Notes: generated from the sequence alone by a model not told the origin. A stretch of DNA of 64,000 nucleotides from Parvularculaceae bacterium (GCA_021776475.1 JAJFFV010000004.1:437-64436); one strand, 5' to 3'. Shown: positions 8,536-18,363, counted from the first letter of the stretch. Numbers and translations: made by a program.

Positions 8536-9581
8536 GGTTGCCTCCCTAAAGATAAGGTTTTGGTTTTGAATTTTAATGCGGGGTGTTCAATGAGGTGCCA
8601 GGACAACGCAGCGCACCCAAGAAAGATGGGGCCGCCCGACAGCAGTAATTCCCACGGCGTCAGATCCGGCCACAGATAGACCAGTGCCTGCAAAACGGGA
8701 AAATGCCAGATGTAAATGCCGTAGGAATAGTCCGGCAGCTTGTGCAAAAACTGTAGCGGCCATTTCGACAGACCAAAATGCATGAGGGCAACCGCAATGG
8801 TGAAATTCCCAGAAATCTCGCCGAAAACGCTTTTCCCTGCCAGTACGAAAAGGATTGCAACCAGCGCCACCATCACCCTGCCCGGTGTTCTGGTTCGAGG
8901 CCAAAAATATAGTGCAAAGCCAATGCTGAATGCGGAGATCAGGCGAAAGAAGTCGTGGACTTCTTCACCAAGATTTGCGAACGCGGGGAAACTCAAAATG
9001 AAATTGAGCAACAACAAAATCAACGCCGCGATTGTGGCCCGCCACTTTGTGTGTACCCCACCATATGTAAACGCCAAGCCCGCAATTACATAACATGCAA
9101 TCTCAAAGCGGATCGTCCACAGCGGTGCATTGAAATGCGGCATGGCGTTACCGTCAAAAACGCCCGCAATTACGACGCGTGGTTCGCCCATGAGTAAGGT
9201 ACGAAAGAAAAACGACCATGCCTCCGGATCAAACAGGAAGCCGGCGCCGCCAGGATCTGAGAATATTGGCCCGAGCACAAACATCATAACCAGAAGTACT
9301 ACAACGAGCGCCGGGTATATGCGCAGAACGCGCGATCTGAAAAAAGACTGCAAATCTTGTCTGGTCGTGAGGCTTTTTGCGATGAGCAAACCTGAGAGAA
9401 TAAAGAACCCGTTCACCGCAAGATCGCTTGCTTGCCAGTTATAGAGGCCCAGAGGATCGTTGCCGTCCGTCACCTCCCAGGCATGGGCAAGGGCAACGGT
9501 CGCCGCCAGTATCCAGCGCATTGGTGTCAGATAATTCTTCTCGTCAAGCGGGTCATTGATAATGAGGATGTTGGATTTCAT
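8520..9581 (-). CDS. acyltransferase family 3 (OafA-like) integral membrane protein
   Basis: 353 aa, about 10 TM helices. N-terminal MRWILAATVALAHAWEV-type motif. Its stop overlaps the downstream gene by 16 nt. Confidence 0.65.
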   Translation of the reverse strand: MKSNILIINDPLDEKNYLTPMRWILAATVALAHAWEVTDGNDPLGLYNWQASDLAVNGFFILSGLLIAKSLTTRQDLQSFFRSRVLRIYPALVVVLLVMMFVLGPIFSDPGGAGFLFDPEAWSFFFRTLLMGEPRVVIAGVFDGNAMPHFNAPLWTIRFEIACYVIAGLAFTYGGVHTKWRATIAALILLLLNFILSFPAFANLGEEVHDFFRLISAFSIGFALYFWPRTRTPGRVMVALVAILFVLAGKSVFGEISGNFTIAVALMHFGLSKWPLQFLHKLPDYSYGIYIWHFPVLQALVYLWPDLTPWELLLSGGPIFLGCAALSWHLIEHPALKFKTKTLSLGRQPWKHS

Positions 9582-9801
9582 CGACTACCACTTTCAAAAC
9601 CAAGCAACAGGCTTGAAGGGCCGTGGAACAATGCCGCGTTGCCGGTGAAATATTGTTGTCGCTGTAACATTGCTGTTGCTTCTGAATTGTTGAGGGATAA
9701 ACCGATGGCGCCAGTTCAGAGCGGTAGACTGCACCAAGGCAGACACACCAGTGCTGAAGCACTCTGGCGCTATCAGGCGCTTAACGCGCCTGTTCCATCA
9801 A

Positions 9802-10269
9802 TCAATTAAGGAGTCGGACTTTTAAGGTAACCGGTGTCGGTGCGGGTGGGCCGCGCCGTCGCAAATGGGTTAAGGCAGCAAGCGAATGAACCGTCCGACG
9901 CGCGACGGGGGCAGCACTGGCAGGGATGATTTTTTGCGCCGGTGCAGATGCTGGGGTTGCGTTTAAGTCAGCTTTTGCGACCGATGTTATCCAAGGAGTT
10001 TGCGTACAATTCGGGCATTCACCTTCACAATCGCCCTGGGGCGTTGATCCATGATCGTCGTGACTTTGGTTGTCACTATGATGATCGCTGAGATTGTGGT
10101 TATCGCTTGGCGGCGCGTGTGCAAGATGCACTATATCGCCGTGACCAGCATGAGTATTGTCAGCAGCGTTATTTCCGATGGGTGCTAAACAGGCGCAGAC
10201 CGATTGTCCCGCGCCGAGAACCAGAACGAGAAACGCTGTTAAGATCATTCTTAATACGCGTGATCTCAT
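9802..10269 (-). CDS. secreted His/Cys-rich protein with Pro-rich C-terminal tail (paralog of 18364..18780)
   Basis: Signal/TM MILTAFLVLVLGAG, VCAC pair, HAGHGDIVHLAH..DHHSDNQSHDDH, DCEGECPNC, and tail RRRGPPAPTPVTLKV. Confidence 0.55.
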   Translation of the reverse strand: MRSRVLRMILTAFLVLVLGAGQSVCACLAPIGNNAADNTHAGHGDIVHLAHAPPSDNHNLSDHHSDNQSHDDHGSTPQGDCEGECPNCTQTPWITSVAKADLNATPASAPAQKIIPASAAPVARRTVHSLAALTHLRRRGPPAPTPVTLKVRLLN

Positions 10270-10300
10270 CTGCTGCCCGGCCTTTCTGGTTCACCGATAT

Positions 10301-10317
10301 ATACCCCATAAGGGTAT
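10301..10317. promoter_or_regulatory. CsoR-type operator dyad ATACCCC-ATA-AGGGTAT (one mismatch)
   Basis: 32 nt upstream of the start at 10269. 6-5-6 perfect, or 7-3-7 with one mismatch. Confidence 0.5.
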
Positions 10318-10389
10318 GTGTCAATGTCAAGCTCAAATTCAAGGCCATGTTCGCGGTATTGTCCGCATGCTGCAAGAATCGCTGTTGCA

Positions 10390-11094
10390 TCAACGCTTTA
10401 ACATTGATGTCACGCGCAAGATCGAAAGTCCTAACCCAGCCAGAAAGAACATAACAGCCAACGACGCCGTCATTTTGATCCACCAGGAATTGAAATTCTC
10501 GCGCGTGGACCAGTCCATGATGTGAAGGCCCCACATAAAATCAAACACGCGCCAAAGCAGTGTACGCACAGCTCGAACGTCGCCTGTTGTGGCATCCACA
10601 TAGAAACTGGCGGCATCTTTGGCGCCAAGGTCTATCCGCCATACTGGGCCGGGTCTACCATATTCCCGTGGCGGCTGTTCATAAAAGGTCGCGTCAAGGA
10701 AGTCCCCGGCGCCTGCATACGCCATTTTCGCAAGATCGGTAGCTGTTTGTTGAGATAACGGAGAGATGATTTCGCCTGAACGTGCATCGATAAGCAACTT
10801 TTTGTCACTTCCTTCGATATACCAGACAGGCCTTTTCGCAACTTGCCGCGCTTCCGCCAACTGCGGCGCAACCCCGCTAACCTCCACCGCATCCGCCAGC
10901 GAAACCGTGTTCGCCGTCAACTCTATCGCAACCGGTGCCATTTCCGATCGCAGATGATCGCCGCGCACTGTTTCAATCGGAAACCAGGTCATGAACAGGC
11001 CTGAAATCAGCCAAATACCAACCTGCCCACCGATTGCCAATCCCAACCAAAGATGAAGCAGCCGAAGCCTGCGGTTAAAAAGCGCTCTATTCAT
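10390..11094 (-). CDS. PepSY-associated TM / PepSY domain protein
   Basis: N-terminus LRLLHLWLGLAIGGQVGIWLISGLFMTW and a C-terminal TM helix flank a soluble domain. Located 7 nt downstream of csoR. Confidence 0.65.
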   Translation of the reverse strand: MNRALFNRRLRLLHLWLGLAIGGQVGIWLISGLFMTWFPIETVRGDHLRSEMAPVAIELTANTVSLADAVEVSGVAPQLAEARQVAKRPVWYIEGSDKKLLIDARSGEIISPLSQQTATDLAKMAYAGAGDFLDATFYEQPPREYGRPGPVWRIDLGAKDAASFYVDATTGDVRAVRTLLWRVFDFMWGLHIMDWSTRENFNSWWIKMTASLAVMFFLAGLGLSILRVTSMLKR

Positions 11095-11100
11095 TACTGC

Positions 11101-11373
11101 TTACCTTTTCAGCTTGTCGAACAGGTCAATCAGTTCAGAGACTTTTTCTCGCTGTTGCTTTTTGCTGCCAGAGTTTATGGCGCCTTCAACACAGGTTGCC
11201 GCATGATCCTTCAAGATTTCACTCTCCGCGCGCGCCATGGCTGCCTTCACGGCCTGCATTTGATGAAGCACATCGATGCAGTAGCGGTCCTCTTCAAGCA
11301 TCTTGATCACGCCCCGCACTTGTCCTTCGATACGCCGTAGTCTCTTGATCGTTGCTTCAGACTTGGACATCAA
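11101..11373 (-). CDS. csoR: CsoR-family Cu(I)-sensing repressor
   Basis: 90 aa. RLRRIEGQVRGVIKMLEEDRYCIDVLHQ...DHAATC gives the x-C-H-C ligand fingerprint (Cys, then His-x3-Cys). Confidence 0.85.
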   Translation of the reverse strand: MMSKSEATIKRLRRIEGQVRGVIKMLEEDRYCIDVLHQMQAVKAAMARAESEILKDHAATCVEGAINSGSKKQQREKVSELIDLFDKLKR

Positions 11374-11381
11374 TTGCTCCG

Positions 11382-11637
11382 TTACTTTTTCGGGTTGTAT
11401 TCGCGCGAAGAAGAATGAGTGTGCACGATTTTCCAGTCCCCCTCCACCCGGCGAAACAGGAATGTATGCCGACCAGCCTTATCGAGAACACGCCCAGACT
11501 TGACAAGCGTTCCTTTGATCCTTGTATCAGCGATAGCCCAGGCAAAATTTGTTCATCGCCCCCGGACTGAGCAGCAACATCACTCCAGAATGGACACTAG
11601 AATTCGCATAGTACCCTCCGTGAAAAATCGCCTCCCC
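11382..11637 (-). pseudogene. NTF2-like (DUF4440/SnoaL-like) C-terminal fragment with a +1 frameshift
   Basis: Not in the ORF track (pieces under 60 aa). One frame gives ...[18 protein letters not shown]. The +1 frame gives [45 protein letters not shown] and a stop at 11382. The junction is at a T4 run (plus-strand A4 at 11544..11547). Confidence 0.35.
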
Positions 11638-11643
11638 CTAAAA

Positions 11644-11668
11644 CCTTATACCCCTATAGGGTATAAGG
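11644..11668. promoter_or_regulatory. CsoR-type operator, extended 10-5-10 palindrome CCTTATACCC-CTATA-GGGTATAAGG
   Basis: Core ATACCCCTATAGGGTAT at 11648..11664. It lies 21 nt below the cusF stop and upstream of the NTF2-stub/csoR/PepSY unit. Confidence 0.5.
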
Positions 11669-11688
11669 TCAATTTAAATGGGAGCTGA

Positions 11689-12123
11689 TCAGTGCTTCAT
11701 GTTGCTCATGCACTCTGCATCACTGCCATCAGTTTTACACATCTGCATAATCCGGAATGACCCGTCGCGTCCCTTTTTCAGCATAAAGTGCACACCGTCT
11801 TCCTCGCTGAACCGCGCCAGATCCACATCTCCACCTGTTTGAAAGGACATGGTCATCGCTGTCATATTGATCGCCGGAATTTCTTCGTGATCAATCTTGA
11901 TACGGCCTGCATCGGCAAACACCTGCACCACTTTTCCCGCGACGGGAATCATCGCATCGCCAACGCCACTTGTGTCGTGACCGCTGTGATCAGACATTTC
12001 ATGGTCACCTGCTTCACCGGCCATCTTGTGGTCCCCGTGGCCGTCATGTGATTGACCGCACGCGGCAAGCGATAATGATCCGAGCACCGAAATTGCAATA
12101 ATGCTGAATTTCTCAAATATCAT
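11689..12123 (-). CDS. cusF: CusF-like periplasmic Cu(I)/Ag(I)-binding protein, lipoprotein-like signal, His/Met-rich N-terminus
   Basis: LSLAACGQ lipobox-like string, HDGHGDHKMAGEAGDHEMSDHSGHD, then the CusF core GKVVQVFADAGRIKIDHEEIPAINMTAMTMSF. Confidence 0.75.
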   Translation of the reverse strand: MIFEKFSIIAISVLGSLSLAACGQSHDGHGDHKMAGEAGDHEMSDHSGHDTSGVGDAMIPVAGKVVQVFADAGRIKIDHEEIPAINMTAMTMSFQTGGDVDLARFSEEDGVHFMLKKGRDGSFRIMQMCKTDGSDAECMSNMKH

Positions 12124-12141
12124 TTGATCGATCTCCTTGGT

Positions 12142-15100
12142 TTAGTTGATTGGTTGTGGTTGTGCAGCATCAGGCATAGCGGCCTGCTGCTGAAGTGATC
12201 GCCCGACCCAGATATAATAAAATACGGGAATGACGACCAGCGTCAAAAGTAACGTCGAGACCATACCGCCCAGCATAGGTAGAGCGATGCGGCGCATGAC
12301 ATCGGCCCCAAGGCCCGATGTCATGAATATGGGTGCGAGCCCGACAAGAATGGTTGAAACCGTCATCAGTTTTGGGCGCACCCGCAACACGGCCCCTTCC
12401 ATCACAGCTGCCGCAAGATCGCTGAGAGTCCTTGGAGGCTTTTCGCGGATGCGGGCGTCCAGATAAAGCAGCATCACAACAGCGGTTTCGACAGCTATGC
12501 CACCAAGGGCGATAAACCCGACAGCGACTGCCACGGACAAGTTGTAGCCTGCGAGATATACCGCCCAGATCCCGCCGATCAGCCCAAACGGCAATGAAGC
12601 CATAATAATAATGGTACGGTCCAGCCGTCCGAAATGCAGCATCAGCAAGAGGAAAATGAGGACAACAGCAGCAGGTATGGCCAATGCGAGTTGGGCATTG
12701 GCTTCCTCCAATTGTTCATATTGCCCAGACCAGTCGATGGCGTAACCCGGCGGTAGCTCCACACCTGATGCAACGACATCGCGTGCATCAGCAACAAAGC
12801 CGCCAAGGTCCCGACCGGCAATATCTACAAAGACCCATCCGGTCAGACGGGCATTTTCCGAACGGATCATCGGCGGGCCCTCTGTATACTGAATAGTTGC
12901 CACTTCTCCGATTGGGATATGTGCGCCTGCGGGTGTCGGGATCAAGATGTCAGCGATCGCATCACTGCTTTCCCGAAAGGGCCGATCATAACGCAGCATG
13001 ATATTATAACGCTCCCGCCCTTCAACACTTTCGGCGAGTTTCATCCCCCCCAGCGCGGTCTGGATCACTGCCTGGAAGGTCTGCATGTCAATACCCCGTC
13101 TGGCAAGTTCCAGCCGGTCCGGAAGAATTTCCAGATATTTACCGCCAATGACACGATCAGCAAATGCAGACCGGGTACCAGGCACGGATTTCACCACCTG
13201 TTCAATTTCAAGTGCAAGGTCAGCAATTTGCTCCAGATTATCGCCAGTAATTTTGATCCCCACAGGCGTGCGCACGCCGGTCGATACCATATCCATACGG
13301 ATTTTGATGGGATATCCCCAAGAATTGACCAAGCCTGGCATCGTGACGCGTGTGTTTAATTCAGCAACCAGCTTTTCTGAAGTCATACCGGGACGCCATT
13401 CACTACGGGGTTTTAAGCGTATCCAGGATTCAATCATGGTCAGTGGCGCCGGGTCCGTTGCGGTATCGGCACGACCAGCCTTTCCGAATACAGATTCCAC
13501 TTCCGGTACCGTCGTAATAAGTCGGTTGGTCTGTCCCAGAATTTCGCGCATTTTCGTGGCGGAGACGCCGGGCAAAGTTGTCGGCATGTACAAAAGCTCG
13601 CCTTCGTAGAGCGCGGGCATAAACTCTGACCCGAGCCTTGACATCGGCCAGGCGACGGTCGCCATCAAAAACAGGGCGGCCCCAATCGTGATCCACTTGA
13701 ATTTCAGGGCAAGTTGCAGCACCGGTTTATAGACCGCCACAAAAAACCTGTTGATCGGGTTTTTCTCTTCCGGTGCTATCCGGCCTTTAAGCAGCCACAA
13801 CATCAAGACTGGTACAAGTGTGATAGACAAAAGAGCAGCAAAAGCCATGGCGTAGGTTTTGGTGAATGCTAGCGGTGAAAACAGTCTGTAGCTTTCCCCC
13901 GTCAACGCAAAAACAGGTAGAAAAGAGACTGTGATAATCAGTAGGGAGAAGAACAGGCCTGGCCCCACTTCCTTGGCCGCCTGCAGGATGACACGGCGAC
14001 GGTCGGTTTGTGCCGTATCATCTGGCAGGTCCGAAAGACGCCTTGAGGCATTTTCCACCATTACAATCGACGCATCGACCATCGCACCGACTGCAATCGC
14101 GATCCCGCCGAGAGACATGATATTTGCGGTCACGCCCTGCGCCGACATGATCAAAAACGCACCGACCACACCGAGTGGCAGGGTAATGATTGAGACAAAC
14201 GCCGCCCGCACATGCAGCAGGAACAGCAATGTCACCAACGCGACAGCGATCCCCTCTTCCACAAGCTTGTGTTCTAGATAGGATACCGCCCCCTTGATCA
14301 AGGGCCCTCGATCATAAACGGTATGTATTTCAACACCGTCCGGCAGCCCCCTCTGCAGGACGCTCAGTTTCTCTTTAACGCGTTCCACAACTTCCAAAGC
14401 ATTTTCACCGTCCCGCATGATCACAATACCAGCGACCGTCTCCCCCTCGCCATTCAGTTCAACGATACCACGGCGTAACGCCGGACCTTCCACAATGCGG
14501 GCAACATCGCCCAACGTGACCGGTGTGCCGTTGTCTGAATAGACAACAACCTGCTTTAAGTCCTCTGTACTTTTCACATAGCCTGAAGACCTGATCACAT
14601 ATTCAGTTTCTCCCTGCTCCAGAACCCGCCCCCCCACTTCCCCACTTGCCGCTCTCACAGCTGCAGAAATTTTGGTGATCGGAACGTCAAAGGCGCGCAG
14701 CCGATTGGGATCAATTAAAACTTGATATTCCCGTTCAAAGCCGCCCACCGATGCAATTTCCGAAACGCCTTCAACGCCCGCCAGTTCCAGCTTTAAAAAC
14801 CAGTCCTGCAGCGAACGCAGCTCGGCCAGGTCTCGGGTACCCGTCTTATCGACGAGCGCATATTGATAAACCCATCCGACCCCGGTGGCATCGGGCCCGA
14901 TGCGCGGCGTGGCACCGGCAGGCAGTTGGTTGCCCAGTCGTGACAGGGCCTCCACCACACGTGAGCGCGCCCAGTAGAGGTCGACGTCATCTTCAAAAAT
15001 TACATAGACAAAGCTGGTGCCAAACATGGAAGCCCCACGCACATCCTTCGTCCGGGGTAGCCCCAACAGGTTTGTTGAAAGCGGATAGGTCACCAAGTCT

Positions 15101-15342
15101 TCGACAATCTGCGGTGATTGCCCTGGAAAGTCCGTACGAATAATAACTTGCGTATCTGTCAGATCCGGAATCGCATCGAGAGGTGTGTTGCGCACGGCAA
15201 GCCATCCGGTGACGGCCAGCGTTGCTGCCAGGACCAGAACAATCAGCTGATTATTCACCGACCATTCGATTAAACGTGCTATGGTGGATTGCGACGGATC
15301 CCGGCCTGAAAGGCGATCATGCATATCAGTCATTGCGACCAC
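12142..15342 (-). CDS. cusA: HME-RND inner-membrane pump, CusA type
   Basis: 1066 aa. GGIAIAVGAMVDASIVMVENA matches the monovalent-cation CusA signature. An alternative ATG at 15333 follows GGGTGG. Confidence 0.9.
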   Translation of the reverse strand: MVAMTDMHDRLSGRDPSQSTIARLIEWSVNNQLIVLVLAATLAVTGWLAVRNTPLDAIPDLTDTQVIIRTDFPGQSPQIVEDLVTYPLSTNLLGLPRTKDVRGASMFGTSFVYVIFEDDVDLYWARSRVVEALSRLGNQLPAGATPRIGPDATGVGWVYQYALVDKTGTRDLAELRSLQDWFLKLELAGVEGVSEIASVGGFEREYQVLIDPNRLRAFDVPITKISAAVRAASGEVGGRVLEQGETEYVIRSSGYVKSTEDLKQVVVYSDNGTPVTLGDVARIVEGPALRRGIVELNGEGETVAGIVIMRDGENALEVVERVKEKLSVLQRGLPDGVEIHTVYDRGPLIKGAVSYLEHKLVEEGIAVALVTLLFLLHVRAAFVSIITLPLGVVGAFLIMSAQGVTANIMSLGGIAIAVGAMVDASIVMVENASRRLSDLPDDTAQTDRRRVILQAAKEVGPGLFFSLLIITVSFLPVFALTGESYRLFSPLAFTKTYAMAFAALLSITLVPVLMLWLLKGRIAPEEKNPINRFFVAVYKPVLQLALKFKWITIGAALFLMATVAWPMSRLGSEFMPALYEGELLYMPTTLPGVSATKMREILGQTNRLITTVPEVESVFGKAGRADTATDPAPLTMIESWIRLKPRSEWRPGMTSEKLVAELNTRVTMPGLVNSWGYPIKIRMDMVSTGVRTPVGIKITGDNLEQIADLALEIEQVVKSVPGTRSAFADRVIGGKYLEILPDRLELARRGIDMQTFQAVIQTALGGMKLAESVEGRERYNIMLRYDRPFRESSDAIADILIPTPAGAHIPIGEVATIQYTEGPPMIRSENARLTGWVFVDIAGRDLGGFVADARDVVASGVELPPGYAIDWSGQYEQLEEANAQLALAIPAAVVLIFLLLMLHFGRLDRTIIIMASLPFGLIGGIWAVYLAGYNLSVAVAVGFIALGGIAVETAVVMLLYLDARIREKPPRTLSDLAAAVMEGAVLRVRPKLMTVSTILVGLAPIFMTSGLGADVMRRIALPMLGGMVSTLLLTLVVIPVFYYIWVGRSLQQQAAMPDAAQPQPIN

Positions 15343-15344
15343 CC

Positions 15345-17018
15345 TTAATGATTATGTTCTGAAGGCGACCGGCCCGACTGGGCATCGCTCATGCCCGCCA
15401 TCGGATCCGGCCAGTCAATACGCCTGGCTGATGACCCGCCAAACGGGTTGCTAGCTTTAGCGCCCTCCTGCACCCACAATTTGCCCGACACAGCGTCGCG
15501 GAAAAGGGAAACACCGAGATCGCGATAATGGATCGGCGCTCCCTCAAGCATCCAAGGTTCAAGGGCAGCCATCAGATCTATGAGCGCCTCGCCGAGTGCC
15601 GTCTTATGATCATCTGCCTCCGGAGAGCGCTTTGCCTCCTCAATTGCTCCCATCGCCTGTTCGATGACAGGCGCAAGCCTGGTTTCGCCGAATGTCTCCA
15701 GCAACGCGTCTCCCGCCTTCAAGGAAGCATCAAGAAAAAACGGATCGATCCGATAGCCGTCGACCAGCGCTTCATGAAAATAGAGCCCCGCATCGACAAA
15801 ATGATCAATCAGGGCAAGGGTTTCTGCATTCACGGGGAGTTCAGATAGTGGTGTGTTGCTATCCATTTCCATCAGGCTCGCAGCAGGGGTCATCTTGCGG
15901 AAACCTTCACGGAGGCTGGCTTCTGAATCGAGCAGAAACTGACCACTGACAACAATCATGTCGCCTTCTGTTAGTCCTGCTTCGATTGCCGTATAGCCAT
16001 TCGCTGTCATCCCTGTACGCACCATCACAGGTTTGAAAGCACCGTCATTTTTCATCGTCACCACATGAGCCCCCTGGCTGTCGCGCAAGATAGCTTCTGC
16101 AGGAACCGCAAGGTGCTCGGTTTGCTCAAGCGCAAACTCAATATCGGCATAACCACCGGGCTTAAGCGTGCCGACTTCATTTGGCAGGACAATTCTGACT
16201 TTCCCGGTGCGTGTCAGGTCATCGACGGTCGGATAGATGTAATCCACTACTCCCTGTCGGCGATCACCGGCATCAGGGAAGCTCAAGGTGACGGCATCAC
16301 CCTTTTTTATCCGGCTAAGGTCTTTCTCCGCCACCGATGCAACAACCCAGACTTCATCATAATTTTGCAGACGCATGATGGATGAGCCGGGCTTGACATA
16401 ATCTCCATCCCGGATCGCCAGGTGAGACACAATGCCCGCCTGTTCTGCATAGACCGGCAGACGCTCCATGACATTTCTTGAATTTTTGACCGTCGCTATA
16501 ACCCCCGCCTGCATGCCAAGCGACTTCAAGCGCCGTTCCGTTGCGGTGCTACGGGACGCGGAGCCGGATTTAAGGGCGTTGACATAATCACGCTGCGCAG
16601 CAATCAAATCAGGGCTGTAGACCCGGTAAAGAAGATCCCCCGCCTCTGCGCCATCCCCTTCGGCAGAAACTGCAAGGTCTTCAACCCAGCCTTCTACCCG
16701 TGATGCAACGATCGTTTCCAGCCGGGTGCTTGGCATCACATTGCCGTAGCTGCGAATCACGTCTCCCATGGTCAGCACACGTACTGGTGCTGTACGTATC
16801 CCCATGGTCTGGATCATTTCCGGTGAGACAACGACCCCACTGCCGGACGCCTGATTGCCGTCTGATTTGACCGGCACCAGGTCCATGCCGCAGATCGGAC
16901 AGGTTCCCATTTGGTCAGCGATATAATGCGGATGCATGGGGCATGTATATTGTTCTGCCTCCTGCGCCATCACAGGCGAAACAGCAAATATCAAGATAAG
17001 GACTAGTAGTTTTCTCAT
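15345..17018 (-). CDS. cusB: RND periplasmic adaptor (CusB-like) with N-terminal YTCPMHP...CPICGM module and a ~170-aa C-terminal extension
   Basis: Signal peptide, YTCPMHPHYIADQMGTCPICGMDLVP, and a biotinyl-lipoyl/beta-barrel MFP core. The helical tail after about residue 385 resembles DUF3347 (from memory). Confidence 0.85.
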   Translation of the reverse strand: MRKLLVLILIFAVSPVMAQEAEQYTCPMHPHYIADQMGTCPICGMDLVPVKSDGNQASGSGVVVSPEMIQTMGIRTAPVRVLTMGDVIRSYGNVMPSTRLETIVASRVEGWVEDLAVSAEGDGAEAGDLLYRVYSPDLIAAQRDYVNALKSGSASRSTATERRLKSLGMQAGVIATVKNSRNVMERLPVYAEQAGIVSHLAIRDGDYVKPGSSIMRLQNYDEVWVVASVAEKDLSRIKKGDAVTLSFPDAGDRRQGVVDYIYPTVDDLTRTGKVRIVLPNEVGTLKPGGYADIEFALEQTEHLAVPAEAILRDSQGAHVVTMKNDGAFKPVMVRTGMTANGYTAIEAGLTEGDMIVVSGQFLLDSEASLREGFRKMTPAASLMEMDSNTPLSELPVNAETLALIDHFVDAGLYFHEALVDGYRIDPFFLDASLKAGDALLETFGETRLAPVIEQAMGAIEEAKRSPEADDHKTALGEALIDLMAALEPWMLEGAPIHYRDLGVSLFRDAVSGKLWVQEGAKASNPFGGSSARRIDWPDPMAGMSDAQSGRSPSEHNH

Positions 17019-18340
17019 GATGTCACCAAAAGGCTGTTGGCCTGTGCAATCAGGCTGATTTCTGTTGCGCGCTCACTGATCAACTCGCCCTGCAATTTCA
17101 ATTGTGCGATTTCAGCATCCAGAATGGTTGAGTAATCTCCGAGCCCAGCTTCATAATTGCTGGTCAACGCTTCTATTCTGCTGTCAAGCGATACAATTTT
17201 TTCGCGAAGAACTTGTTGAAACACCTTGCTGGCGTCAATTTTGCCAGACAACGCTCTCCACTCAAACAATGACGCTCGGGCAGCAACATCGCTTCGCTGG
17301 CGACTGGCATTAGCTGCAGCTTTGGCCGCTCGTAGTTTTGGTTGCTGATTTTGACGTGACCATATGGGAACGGTGACCGAAACGCTGGCTGAGAACCAGT
17401 CGTCCCCTCCGAAAACCGATCCGGGTAACCCATTTCCCTCATCGCGCTGCTGATAAGTCAGTGACACGCCCCAGTCAGGCCGGAAAGCAGCTTTGGCAGC
17501 TGACACTCCTGCTTTCGAGACTTCACCATCCTGATCGGCAAGCCTAACCGGGTAAAACGCACCCGCACTACCGCCCCAAGAGGCTTGCATTACCTCCGGG
17601 GCGGGCGTCACTGCTGCGACAGATACCAACTCCTCAATGCCAGCTCTTACGCCAACGAGCGCGGCATCAATCGAAGCCTTCTCTCGTGCAATGTCCGCGC
17701 GTTCAATTTCGATGTCTGCAATTCTGAAGACGACAGGCCGCCCCGCATCAATTTCAGACTGAATAACTCCTTCCAGTTCGTCATACTTGCTGATGCGAGC
17801 TGTCAGCAGGATAAGTTGCTCGTTTAATGCGCTTTGTTCCGCCAGCAAGCTGATCAATTTTGATCTCAAGGATGCAAATTGCCATTCCGCCTGGAGCTGT
17901 TGCAGCGATGCCCTGCTCTCACTGATCGATGACTGCGCCCGGCGTTCAGCTAGATTTGGAAGCGATTGACGCACAGCAATCGACTTGTTTGTCGGCAAGA
18001 ACCGATCAAAAGCTGGCTCCTGCAAAGGCACATTATTCACGCCGATCGACACGACCGGATCGGGAAGCCCCAAGGATGCCGCTGCATTTTCGCGGCTTTC
18101 GGTTTTGCTGAATTGCAGAGCTGCAACCGAAGGATGCTCCAGCAGCCGTTGTTCCAACTCCTCGAAGGTTTGGGCATTGGCAAGTGGGATGGCACTCCAG
18201 GCCAGCAAGACAGCAGCCAAGATCAATGACCATCGGGATAAGGGTATGACAGATAGGCGAATAGAATGAGATATATTCATTTTGACTGATCCAGAAACAA
18301 TTTGGTTCAACTGCACCCGCGCTAAAAACGCATGGCGCAA
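17015..18340 (-). CDS. cusC: TolC-family outer-membrane factor (CusC-like)
   Basis: 441 aa with a signal peptide (SAIPLANAQ) and two coiled-coil/beta repeats. ATGA overlap with cusB. An alternative start lies at 18280. Confidence 0.8.
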   Translation of the reverse strand: MRHAFLARVQLNQIVSGSVKMNISHSIRLSVIPLSRWSLILAAVLLAWSAIPLANAQTFEELEQRLLEHPSVAALQFSKTESRENAAASLGLPDPVVSIGVNNVPLQEPAFDRFLPTNKSIAVRQSLPNLAERRAQSSISESRASLQQLQAEWQFASLRSKLISLLAEQSALNEQLILLTARISKYDELEGVIQSEIDAGRPVVFRIADIEIERADIAREKASIDAALVGVRAGIEELVSVAAVTPAPEVMQASWGGSAGAFYPVRLADQDGEVSKAGVSAAKAAFRPDWGVSLTYQQRDEGNGLPGSVFGGDDWFSASVSVTVPIWSRQNQQPKLRAAKAAANASRQRSDVAARASLFEWRALSGKIDASKVFQQVLREKIVSLDSRIEALTSNYEAGLGDYSTILDAEIAQLKLQGELISERATEISLIAQANSLLVTS

Positions 18341-18363
18341 TTACAAGGAATTGTTCCGGAAAA

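Noticed and set aside
12230-15205. Numerous 60-175-aa ORFs inside cusA on both strands (for example 13085..13609, 14751..15143); likewise inside copA, cusB and cusC
   Set aside because: They lie fully within long, motif-supported genes and show the biased Arg/Ser/Pro composition typical of out-of-frame or antisense reading.
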